Source: an uncultured Nostocoides sp. (lineage in GTDB: Bacteria > Actinomycetota > Actinomycetes > Actinomycetales > Dermatophilaceae). From it: a DNA stretch of 64,000 nucleotides. The notes beneath the pieces are model-generated. The model saw only the letters and a program-made list of their open reading frames with translations, made no database searches and had not been told where the DNA came from. Below are positions 27,122-35,022 of the stretch, one piece after another (the first letter of the stretch is position 1; each line of letters begins with the position of its first letter). The stretch covers positions 89,457 through 153,456 of the forward strand of contig CALMQX010000036.1 in the NCBI GenBank assembly GCA_937873315.1, read 5' to 3'. Made by a program: the position numbers and the translations under genes.

Positions 27122-27477
27122 ACTGCCTCCTGTGTCGTCTCGGATCGGCCGGCGTCGGGCTCGGCTAGGTCGGCGAGGACGGCGTCAAGCCGCTGATAGC
27201 GCTCCTCGGCCTGGCGCCGGTATCGCTCGATCCAGGCCGTCATCAGGTCGAAGACCTCGGCCTCCAGGTGCACCGGGCGGCGCTGGGCGTCACGCCCACG
27301 GGTCACCAGCCCGGCGTCCTCGAGCACCTTGAGGTGCTTGGAAACCGCCTGGAGGCTCATGGCATAGGGCGCAGCGAGGTCGCTGACGGTGGCATCGGTA
27401 TCGGCGAGCCGAGCGACGAGGTCCCGCCGGGTCGGGTCGGCCAAGGCCGCGAATACCCTGTCCAGCCGGTCCGTCAT
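27118..27477 (-). CDS. ArsR/SmtB-family metalloregulator
   Basis: ATG 27477 with GAGGAG 5 nt upstream. VFAALADPTRRDLVARLADTDATVSDLAAPYAMSLQAVSKHLKVLEDAGLV. Confidence 0.85.
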   Translation of the reverse strand: MTDRLDRVFAALADPTRRDLVARLADTDATVSDLAAPYAMSLQAVSKHLKVLEDAGLVTRGRDAQRRPVHLEAEVFDLMTAWIERYRRQAEERYQRLDAVLADLAEPDAGRSETTQEAV

Positions 27478-27486
27478 GGCCACTCC

Positions 27487-27546
27487 TCAACTAATCGGTT
27501 GAATAACCCTCGCAGGCGAGGATTCCTTTGTCAACCATCTAGTTGA
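27487..27546. promoter_or_regulatory. two TCAAC-n6-GTTGA palindromes (candidate ArsR operators)
   Basis: TCAACtaatcgGTTGA at 27487-27502 and TCAACcatctaGTTGA at 27531-27546. They lie directly upstream of the ArsR start. Confidence 0.5.
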
Positions 27547-27566
27547 ATAGCCAGGACGCTGGCAAC

Positions 27567-27875
27567 CTATTCCCCCACCACGCTGATCCGGATGGTGCCT
27601 TCATAGGCATCGTCCCAGCTGCCCGACCAGTCCCGCAGGCCATAGGTCGCGGTCACGTTGACCCGCTGAGGCGCGAGCGTGTCAATCTGGGCATCGAGGC
27701 TGACCTCGAGGAACCCGAGGTGGTGGTCGTTATTGCCCGAGAAGGCCACGTCGAAGCCGCGCAAGAAGGCGGCGGCCTGGTCGACGGGTCCGGAGAAGAC
27801 GACCTCGCTGTCCAAGGTGCGCGGCCCGGATCCGCTCAGTGAGTTGAAGGCGAGATCGAGGGTGCGAGTTTCCAT
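27567..27875 (-). CDS. 102-aa stand-alone 'DHHLG' domain protein, paralogue of the N-terminal domain of the upstream metzincin
   Basis: ATG 27875 lies 1 nt after the TGA of the 821-aa gene, with AAGGAG inside that gene's last codons. EVVFSGPV..FLRGFDVAFSGNNDHHLGFLEVSLDAQID...VNVTATYGLRDWSGSWDDAYEGTIRISVV aligns with residues ~20-100 of the large protein. Confidence 0.65.
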   Translation of the reverse strand: METRTLDLAFNSLSGSGPRTLDSEVVFSGPVDQAAAFLRGFDVAFSGNNDHHLGFLEVSLDAQIDTLAPQRVNVTATYGLRDWSGSWDDAYEGTIRISVVGE

Positions 27876-27876
27876 G

Positions 27877-30342
27877 TCAGGACTCCTTTGGGTCGTCGGG
27901 GTTGGCATGCTGATGGTTCCGGTCCTGGTGGGCCGGGCTGCCGGAGGGCGGCGGGATGTCGACGGGGGTCAGGCCGGCGAGGTCTTCATCGAGCCAGCTC
28001 AGCTCCCACACGCCAGCGGCCACCTCGCCGCGATAACTCGAACGAGCCGAGAGGTATCGGGTGCCGGCCGGGATATGCCCGGCGTCCAGCAGCCGACCTG
28101 AGCCAAGCTGAACGCCATCGGCATACCACCGCAACTCGCGCGCGTCGACCGCCGTACTGGCACGCAGCAGACGCGGGCCGACGTGGTCGCCGCCATCGGC
28201 GATCTCGATGGGCGCCGGTGGCGGCGACTGCCACGGAACCTGACCATGCCAGGCAGCTGAACCGGTCGCGAGGCCGGTGGTGACCAGAACCCGCAGTCGG
28301 GCGGCGCCGCCCACCGTCACCAAAGCCTTGGCGACTGCCAACTCCCGAGCAGTGGTCCGCGGTGCGACACCGCGCCAGACGCCCGAGCGGTCCTGCCATT
28401 GCACCAGCGCCCAAAGGCTGCGCTGCGCTTCCTCACCATCGATGTCCCAACGCAGCCGCAGCTGGTCCTTGTCACGGTCGTCGGCGAGCTCCACCTCAAG
28501 CTTCACTACCGGAGCGGCGCCGAGCGCTTGACGATGCACGATGCGACGGCCGTCGCGGAGCACCAACTCCGCGGCGTCACGATGCAGATAGATGCTCTGT
28601 CGGATCCGCAGTGGACCACGCGTGCAGGCGCAGCCAGCGCAGGCACCACCGCAGCCATCGCCGCAGGACCCGCTACACGATGAGCACGTGTCGACCGCCG
28701 ACAACCGTTCGCAGGTAAGCACCTTGTCGTCCTTGCCCCGCAGTTCCGCCGTGAGCGAAGTGCCGCGACGACCTCGGGGGCGGGGCAGGGTCGGGTAGCT
28801 GAAGCAGTCATCGAGGACGAGATCTCCGTCCCAGTTGCGGTCGATCCGCAAGAACAGATGCGGCACCCGGGCCGGTTCCCATTCCCCGTGATCGCCGTCG
28901 CGCTTGCCCGCGGCCCGGCCTGCGGACGACGCCGCAAGGCGGGCCGGAATCGCGCTGAACAACGCCTTGTAGGTGTAGGGACTGATCCATCGGCCGGGTG
29001 AGTAGCCCATCATGTCGTGCGCGGTTGAGGGTGGCTTGACCAAGCCGAGTCCCGCGGTCACATCGAAGCCGTACTCCCCGATGCTGTCGGAGTCGAAGCC
29101 GGAATAGGTGGGATAGTCGTCGTCCTGATTCCGCGGCGATGCGCAGCGGACTGCGTTGTCGCACGGGGCGTGCTGACGACCAAAGGCGTGGCCGATCTCG
29201 TGGGCGGTCGTGCCAGCGGCGTAGATCTTGCCGACACCGGCGCCGCCACCGCCGCAGCCACCGACGCTGCCGTTGTCGACCCCCACGTTGTAGAGGGCGT
29301 AGGCGATGGTGCCGTCATCGCCGCTGAGCTCCTGGACCTTGTCGAGCACGTCGCCGAACTTGTCGCAGCCTTGACTGATGTCAGAGGTGATCTCTTTGTC
29401 GTAGTTCACGATCTGGTAGGACGTGATCCGCACCCCAGGCGTGGGATAGAGGTTCTCGGTCAGCGCCATCGTGGTCACGAAGTCGACCTGCGTCGGCGCG
29501 GCCAAATCAGCGGCCGTAGCTCCGGCCCGGACATCGGGTCCGATGTAATTGATACCGATCGCCTGGATGTCGACGGTCGGGAGGTCGTCGAAACTCAGGC
29601 TCCGCTCGAACGGTGCGGCGAATACCGTCGGGTCGGCTGGGTCCCGCACGTCAGCTCGGATGTCGATGGTGCCCCGACAGAGGTTTTCGGGGATCACGAA
29701 GTTCAGGGTGTGCCCGCGCTCGCCACGCAGGATCGCGGAGTCGCGACGCGGCTGGATGGTCTCCAACGCACTGATCACGGTGGCCGAGCCGCCGGCCGTG
29801 ACGGTGAGCAGGCCAGCCAGTCGGGTGATCACCGGCAGCCCCGAGCCGGCGTCATAGTCGACGTACAACCTGAGGGCCGTCGGCTTGTTGGATACCAGCC
29901 GAATCGAGTTGTCTGGGAAGACGTTTGGGGGCGCGAGATGGGTAGCGCTACGGAAGTGCTGGATCACCTGGGTCGACTCCGCGCCGACCACGATCAGATC
30001 CGGCCGGGCATCCCCGGGGGCCGGGGGCAACGCGGGCGCGAGGTCGGCCAGGAGTGCCCATTGGATGACCCCGGTGAAGGAGTCATCGAGAGTCCCACTG
30101 AAGTCGCGCAGTTGGAAACCGCCGGTGACCGAGACTCGGGTGGGGTCAGTGGCGTCGATGGCAGCACCCACCTCGACCTGGAGGCGGCCGAGGTGGTGAT
30201 CATCGCCGACGAAGGTGGCCGCATAGCCGGTGATGCCGACGACCACGTCGCGGACATCCCGGGGGAAGGTGACCACCTCGGTCGCGCTCTGCGGCGCTCC
30301 AACGGCCGGCTGGAAGTCGAATGAGCTGCTGCGGACGTCCAC
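27877..30342 (-). CDS. cytoplasmic multidomain metzincin-type zinc metalloprotease with N-terminal DHHLG domain and internal 8-Cys cluster
   Basis: 821 aa from GTG 30342. HEIGHAFGRQH (HExxHxxGxxH) at 29170-29202, with a downstream AHDMMGY candidate Met-turn. No signal peptide or TM helix. Cys cluster at 28624-28713. The C-terminal ~250 aa is beta-rich. Confidence 0.8.
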   Translation of the reverse strand: MDVRSSSFDFQPAVGAPQSATEVVTFPRDVRDVVVGITGYAATFVGDDHHLGRLQVEVGAAIDATDPTRVSVTGGFQLRDFSGTLDDSFTGVIQWALLADLAPALPPAPGDARPDLIVVGAESTQVIQHFRSATHLAPPNVFPDNSIRLVSNKPTALRLYVDYDAGSGLPVITRLAGLLTVTAGGSATVISALETIQPRRDSAILRGERGHTLNFVIPENLCRGTIDIRADVRDPADPTVFAAPFERSLSFDDLPTVDIQAIGINYIGPDVRAGATAADLAAPTQVDFVTTMALTENLYPTPGVRITSYQIVNYDKEITSDISQGCDKFGDVLDKVQELSGDDGTIAYALYNVGVDNGSVGGCGGGGAGVGKIYAAGTTAHEIGHAFGRQHAPCDNAVRCASPRNQDDDYPTYSGFDSDSIGEYGFDVTAGLGLVKPPSTAHDMMGYSPGRWISPYTYKALFSAIPARLAASSAGRAAGKRDGDHGEWEPARVPHLFLRIDRNWDGDLVLDDCFSYPTLPRPRGRRGTSLTAELRGKDDKVLTCERLSAVDTCSSCSGSCGDGCGGACAGCACTRGPLRIRQSIYLHRDAAELVLRDGRRIVHRQALGAAPVVKLEVELADDRDKDQLRLRWDIDGEEAQRSLWALVQWQDRSGVWRGVAPRTTARELAVAKALVTVGGAARLRVLVTTGLATGSAAWHGQVPWQSPPPAPIEIADGGDHVGPRLLRASTAVDARELRWYADGVQLGSGRLLDAGHIPAGTRYLSARSSYRGEVAAGVWELSWLDEDLAGLTPVDIPPPSGSPAHQDRNHQHANPDDPKES

Positions 30343-30366
30343 GAGATCACCCCAGACATAGATTGG

Positions 30367-30387
30367 CTTGTTCTTGTCAGGAACAAG
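30367..30387. promoter_or_regulatory. inverted repeat in the divergent intergenic region
   Basis: CTTGTTC-ttgtcag-GAACAAG, 25 nt upstream of the metzincin GTG. Confidence 0.25.
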
Positions 30388-30640
30388 AGGCGCCTCGGGT
30401 GATACCTGAGCGCGGTCGGGCGCTTGCGGGTCAGGAAGACCGCGGTCAGAGGACCCAGCAGGGGCAGGTCCACAACGACCTGGGTGTCACCGGCAGACGG
30501 CGTGCCATGGGTGTGTCGCGCTCCAGGATCGGATCGGGTTGTTCCTTCGGCCGTCCCCCCGCGCCCGCGGCAAAGGGGTCCCACTTGAGAACTACCCTGG
30601 AGACGGGCGACGCGGCGTGCCGCGAAGAATTGGGGCGACT

Positions 30641-32260
30641 ATGACGGGCCTTGGCGGCATTCTCCACGTGTTACCTCCGGATCTTGGAGACCCAACGAAC
30701 GTCGCTACCCTGTCGGACTTGCTCCGCCGATTCTCCGGCCTAAGTCCGGATGATCCACAAGAGTGCCTTCGCCTCGAGGAGGACATTCAAAGGCGGGCGC
30801 CCGAGTTCAGGCCCTGGCTCTCGGACGCGGTGGCGCGCTACGCGGATCAAGCGTCGGAAAGGCTCACTGACGTAGACCCGCGGATTCTCACCAACTTCGC
30901 TTACGTTGAGGCTGCCGCCAAGGGGGTACGTGGGGCCCATCTGTTGCCTGAGCAGGGATGGCGTCGCGAGCTGTGGACGGTTGCAGCTGGTGGTAGCGGG
31001 GCGCAAAAGAGCACCCCTGCACTGAGGGCTCTGATGCAGGCAACCCTGGACTTTCGCATCGCTGCCTTGGCCCAATCATGGCTTGGCCTCGACGGAGTTG
31101 TCACTGCGCAAGACCACGACTTCCTGATCCCCAGCCGTGGCCGATTCGCCTGGGTCGCGCGCCGAGTCGCCCACTTGCTCTTCAACAACTCGCACCTGCC
31201 GATGGAGTTTCACGATGACCTTGACCGGCTGTGGTCATACACAGATCAAGTCAGTCGTGGGCACTACTGGATGACCGGACGCTGCGAGTCGGTGCCGCTG
31301 AGCAAAGGAGCGCGAGCGCTCGCGTCGGAGATGGCGATCGGGGCCGGCAGCCTTGCCGGCACGCATTTTCTTGACTTGCTGACGACGCGACGCAGCGAGA
31401 CGCACCCATACGTCATCATCGATGACGTGGTTCTCCCGGCCCGAATGGACGTCGCGACCCTCAAGGTAGAGAAGCCCGTCTTTGCGTTGATCAGGCGAAA
31501 GTCGGGCGCGCACAACTCGGCCTTGGCCTTGGAAGGCGCAGTCCGAGACGTCCTGGCAATGATCCCGGGCCTCGCGGTCGAGCGGGAACCAGTCCATATT
31601 GCCGTGAGTATCCACGACCCTGGCGAGACGGACGTCTTTGCTACCAGTCCGAAGGGGCGTGTCATTCTCGGCGAGGTCAAGGCCAAGGTCGCTGTCGAGG
31701 GACAGGCAACCACTGACAAGTCCTACTCTGAAGGCATCCAGCAGCTGGTGGACCAGCTGCGAAAGCGCCGTCAGGCCTATCAGGCGGGGGAGGACCCGAG
31801 GCTCTCGGACGGGACTGTCCTCGCCGGTCGTCGATCGACAGATGCGTTGACCCTTGGGGTCACGCTGCACGAGTACTCTGGCGCGCCGTGGCGACCGGCG
31901 ATGTTCAGCCGGACGTCCCAAGTGGCACCTATCGACGTCGCGGTTGTTCCCGTTGTCGATCTTCAGCTTGTCGCGGCTGCCATGCATGACGCGGATGATC
32001 TCTGCGCGTACTTGGAGACGCGCCAGCGCGTGTTCAGCCAAGGCATGGCCGGTGCGAGCGACGAGGTCGACATCCTCTGCTGGTACTTGCGCCAAGGCCA
32101 TGCAGCCTGTGCTGCGGAGTTGGACCTCATCGAGGGCAAGTACGCCATTGCCTTCTCGCCTAAGGAGGTCACGGTGGCGGACCAAGTCGGACCCGAGCCG
32201 AGAGGGACTGCCGAGTTGCGCCGTAGACTCCTGACTCTGCCACATGCGGCCGACTGGTAG
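30641..32260 (+). CDS. 539-aa orphan protein with PD-(D/E)xK-like nuclease motif; lower GC than surroundings
   Basis: ATG 30641. LEGAVRDVL...GETDVFATSPKGRVILGEVKAKV (31622-31690) fits the E...D-x13-E-x-K restriction-endonuclease-fold pattern. Many A/T-ending codons; hand-counted lines give 57-63 % GC against ~68 % nearby. Confidence 0.6.
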   Translation: MTGLGGILHVLPPDLGDPTNVATLSDLLRRFSGLSPDDPQECLRLEEDIQRRAPEFRPWLSDAVARYADQASERLTDVDPRILTNFAYVEAAAKGVRGAHLLPEQGWRRELWTVAAGGSGAQKSTPALRALMQATLDFRIAALAQSWLGLDGVVTAQDHDFLIPSRGRFAWVARRVAHLLFNNSHLPMEFHDDLDRLWSYTDQVSRGHYWMTGRCESVPLSKGARALASEMAIGAGSLAGTHFLDLLTTRRSETHPYVIIDDVVLPARMDVATLKVEKPVFALIRRKSGAHNSALALEGAVRDVLAMIPGLAVEREPVHIAVSIHDPGETDVFATSPKGRVILGEVKAKVAVEGQATTDKSYSEGIQQLVDQLRKRRQAYQAGEDPRLSDGTVLAGRRSTDALTLGVTLHEYSGAPWRPAMFSRTSQVAPIDVAVVPVVDLQLVAAAMHDADDLCAYLETRQRVFSQGMAGASDEVDILCWYLRQGHAACAAELDLIEGKYAIAFSPKEVTVADQVGPEPRGTAELRRRLLTLPHAADW

Positions 32261-32429
32261 ACGCTCGCGTATCGCATGGTCGCCGCTGGCGAGTACGGCG
32301 TTGTGGCCACCTATGAGGTACCGCCTGGGCATGGCGACATCTACGCCGACAGCCGCGCACAGCGGGATCGACGATGAGCCCGCCCACGGGGCCACCGATG
32401 GAACTCGATGCGCTTCTCGGCGGCCGGAC

Positions 32430-34157
32430 CTAGGCTGAGTACTTCTGCTCACCGCCCAGGTAGGTGGCGTACACCTTGATGGCGCCCAGGGCTGCGGCCT
32501 CGGTCGTAAGCGGGTTCGAGTCCAGGACGGCCAGGTCGGCGAATGCACCGACCCGGAGCGAGCCGACGTCCTTTTCACTATGCAGCTGCCAGGCGGCATT
32601 GGTGGTGATCAATGAAAGAGCATCGGCCACGGTGACCCGCTCGGCGGGGTTAAGCACCTCACCATTGGCGCGCATGATCCGGGTGGCGGCGGTCTGAGCC
32701 TCCAGCAGTGGGTCGATCTGAGTGACCGTGAAGTCACTGTGGACGCTGGCGCGCAGGCCGGCCTTGAGCGCCGAGGCCACGCGATCCAGGTGGTCGGCCT
32801 TGGGTTCACCCATGATGGTGTCCCGGAAGGCTGCCCCCCAGAAGTAGACGTGGTTCATCAGGAAGGACGGGCTGAGCGACAGTTCCCTCATGTCGGTCAG
32901 GTTCTGGTCAGTGGTGAAGGAGCAATGCTCGATGCGGTTCCGCAATACCGCGTTCTTCTCGGCGCCGACAGCGATCCGGTAGGCCTCGATGACCATCGCG
33001 ATGGCCGCGTCCCCGTTGGCGTGCACCATGGTCGGCCAGTTCAGCGAGGCGGCCAGGGCCAATCGTTCCTGCAACGCCTGTGGTGTGTAGTTCGCACTTC
33101 CCCGTGTGGCGCGGCCGAGATACGGCTCAACCTGATACCCGGTGTAGCCCTGGTTGGACCCATCCGAGACGTACTTCCAGTGGGTGGCACGCATCATGTC
33201 GTCACCCGCGAAGGGCTTCAACCCGTTCTTGACGATGATCTCGTCGGCGGCGCCATCGATGACCGCGTAGCTGCTGCGGCACCACAAGTGCGAAGCCACC
33301 TGATGCAGCACATCCACGTCGTGCTGTCCCGCGATCCCACCCGTGCCGGCGTCGTGCATCCGGGTAACGCCACGCGAGGCGGCCAACTTAGAGATGTTGA
33401 CCAGGGATTTCGCGACGTTCTGCGAGGCGACGGGGATCTGCTTGATCACGGCGGTCATCGCCGCGCTCTCGCTCAGCACGCCGGTGAGGTCACCATTGGC
33501 GTCGCGCCCGTAGGACGCCCCCGTCGGATTCGGGGTGTCCTTAGTGATGCCGGCCCGACGCAGCGCCTCCGAATTGACGTAGGCCAGATGGCCGGAGGCG
33601 TTGAGCACGAAGACCGGACGGTCGTGCACCACTGCGTCGAGGACCTGGACGGTCAGCTCGGGACTACCGGGCAAAAGGCTGGGGTCATAGTTCATCCCTA
33701 GGGTCCAATCGCCGAGGACGGGCCCGGCGTTGTGGATCAGCACCAACACGTCGTCGTAGGACTTCCCATCGAAGGGTGAGCAGTTGACCCAGCCTTCGGT
33801 CACCGCGCCCATGGTGTAGTGCATGTGCGGCTCGACCAGTCCGGGCGTGACGTAGCCGTCAGCGAGGGCAAGCCGCCGGGTGTTGGCGTCCAGATACCCG
33901 TCGACATCGCTTGCCGTACCGATCGCGATGATTCGCCCGTTCTGTACGGCTATGGCCTCGGCTGTCGGCTGGTCGGGGTTCATCGTGATGAAACGGCCGG
34001 TCAAGACCACGTCGGCCCTGGCGCCAGCCTGGGCGCGGGTTGGCGGCGCAACCTCGGGCACCACCCCGGGATTCGTCGTCGGACGCGCATACAGGACCTT
34101 GACAGCCTCGGCGGCACTGCAATGGCACGAACCGTTGACCGGTGATTCGGTCTTCAT
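32430..34157 (-). CDS. amidohydrolase-3 (YtcJ-like metal-dependent hydrolase)
   Basis: 575 aa. PGLVEPHMHY, HANGDAAI, RIEHCSF and SVHSDF metal-ligand motifs. Confidence 0.85.
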   Translation of the reverse strand: MKTESPVNGSCHCSAAEAVKVLYARPTTNPGVVPEVAPPTRAQAGARADVVLTGRFITMNPDQPTAEAIAVQNGRIIAIGTASDVDGYLDANTRRLALADGYVTPGLVEPHMHYTMGAVTEGWVNCSPFDGKSYDDVLVLIHNAGPVLGDWTLGMNYDPSLLPGSPELTVQVLDAVVHDRPVFVLNASGHLAYVNSEALRRAGITKDTPNPTGASYGRDANGDLTGVLSESAAMTAVIKQIPVASQNVAKSLVNISKLAASRGVTRMHDAGTGGIAGQHDVDVLHQVASHLWCRSSYAVIDGAADEIIVKNGLKPFAGDDMMRATHWKYVSDGSNQGYTGYQVEPYLGRATRGSANYTPQALQERLALAASLNWPTMVHANGDAAIAMVIEAYRIAVGAEKNAVLRNRIEHCSFTTDQNLTDMRELSLSPSFLMNHVYFWGAAFRDTIMGEPKADHLDRVASALKAGLRASVHSDFTVTQIDPLLEAQTAATRIMRANGEVLNPAERVTVADALSLITTNAAWQLHSEKDVGSLRVGAFADLAVLDSNPLTTEAAALGAIKVYATYLGGEQKYSA

Positions 34158-34167
34158 CGTGATCCCT

Positions 34168-34317
34168 TCAGGAGCTAGTCGTGGACAGCACTTCGGCGAT
34201 TCCTTTGAGCAACGAGCTGACCCAGAGATACCCGAATATCGCCGCCATGATCACGGCGTTGTTCTGCCGCAGCCACGCGCGAACCTTGGCCAGCAGCGCG
34301 CGGACTTCCAACCCCAT
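34168..34317 (-). pseudogene. GAP-family (Sap-like) membrane protein, C-terminal remnant
   Basis: MGLEVRALLAKVRAWLRQNNAVIMAAIFGYLWVSSLLKGIAEVLSTTSS* matches only the last ~45 aa of GAP-family proteins (R.WL..NNAV.M....). Confidence 0.4.
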
Positions 34318-34781
34318 TGCTCGCGTCGTGCGATCTCCCCAGGTCGGCGAATGCTCCGGCGGCCGGTCCGGCTGCCCACACGGCCGATACTAACGGCGGC
34401 ACCTTGAGCATCACCAGGTGTACGACAGGCTTCGGCGGCGTGGTGCAGGCAGCGCAGCCAGGGAGCAGGTGATGACGTGCGCTACTCCATCGGCGCGGGT
34501 GAGGTTGGCGGAAGGGTTCGCAGGCTCGCGTTGATCTGGTCGAGCAGGTCAGGGAAGGGGTCAGTCAGCTTTGGGCGGAGGCGTCGCGTTTCCAGCGCGA
34601 CGTCTCGGACCGACCCGGCTGCGGTGCAATAGCGGCCTCGCGTGTTCCCGCGGGCGTGGAGGCCAGCCACCGGCTCGGGCCCTCGCTCTCCTCAGTGGAG
34701 CGGAAGCGGACCCGCCTCGAAGCCGGCTAATCGTCCGCCCTTTCCGCGCAGAGTGAACGCGGGGTTATACCGGCCGCTGAC

Positions 34782-34890
34782 GTCTATGCCGCCCACGCCA
34801 CCCCTGGCGTCTTGGAACGTCGGGGGCGCACACCGCAGAGGTCGCGGGGAGTCCGACGACCCCATGTCCTCGGATGAGCGTCCGTACCGC
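34782..34890 (+). pseudogene. duplicated 5' fragment of the dienelactone hydrolase gene at 42107
   Basis: 34782-34850 (gtctatgccgcccacgccacccctggcgtcttgg...gcacaccgcagaggtcgcgggg) is ~85 % identical to 42118-42184. It encodes SMPPTPPLASW versus SMPPTPALASW, then decays and hits a stop. Confidence 0.45.
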
Positions 34891-34975
34891 CAAGCCCCTT
34901 GAATGCCATGGCGCCATTCCAGCCGCTGGCACGCGGCGCGATGAACACCGCAAGAGCCACGATTGTGAGCTACTG

Positions 34976-35004
34976 TATGTCGTGACACATTATGTCGTGA
35001 CACA
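34976..35004. promoter_or_regulatory. tandem 14-bp direct repeat TATGTCGTGACACA x2 upstream of the MBL-MarR operon
   Basis: Copies at 34976-34989 and 34991-35004, 19 nt upstream of ATG 35023. Each copy contains TGTC-gt-GACA. Confidence 0.35.
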
Positions 35005-35022
35005 GACTATGAGGAGTGAGAA

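Noticed and set aside
31235-32599. 454-aa minus-strand ORF opposite the nuclease-like gene
   Set aside because: It is Arg-rich and runs across the convergent intergenic region into the amidohydrolase 3' end. The plus-strand frame has the coherent motif and a sensible start, so it was preferred. This choice is less certain than for the other shadow ORFs.
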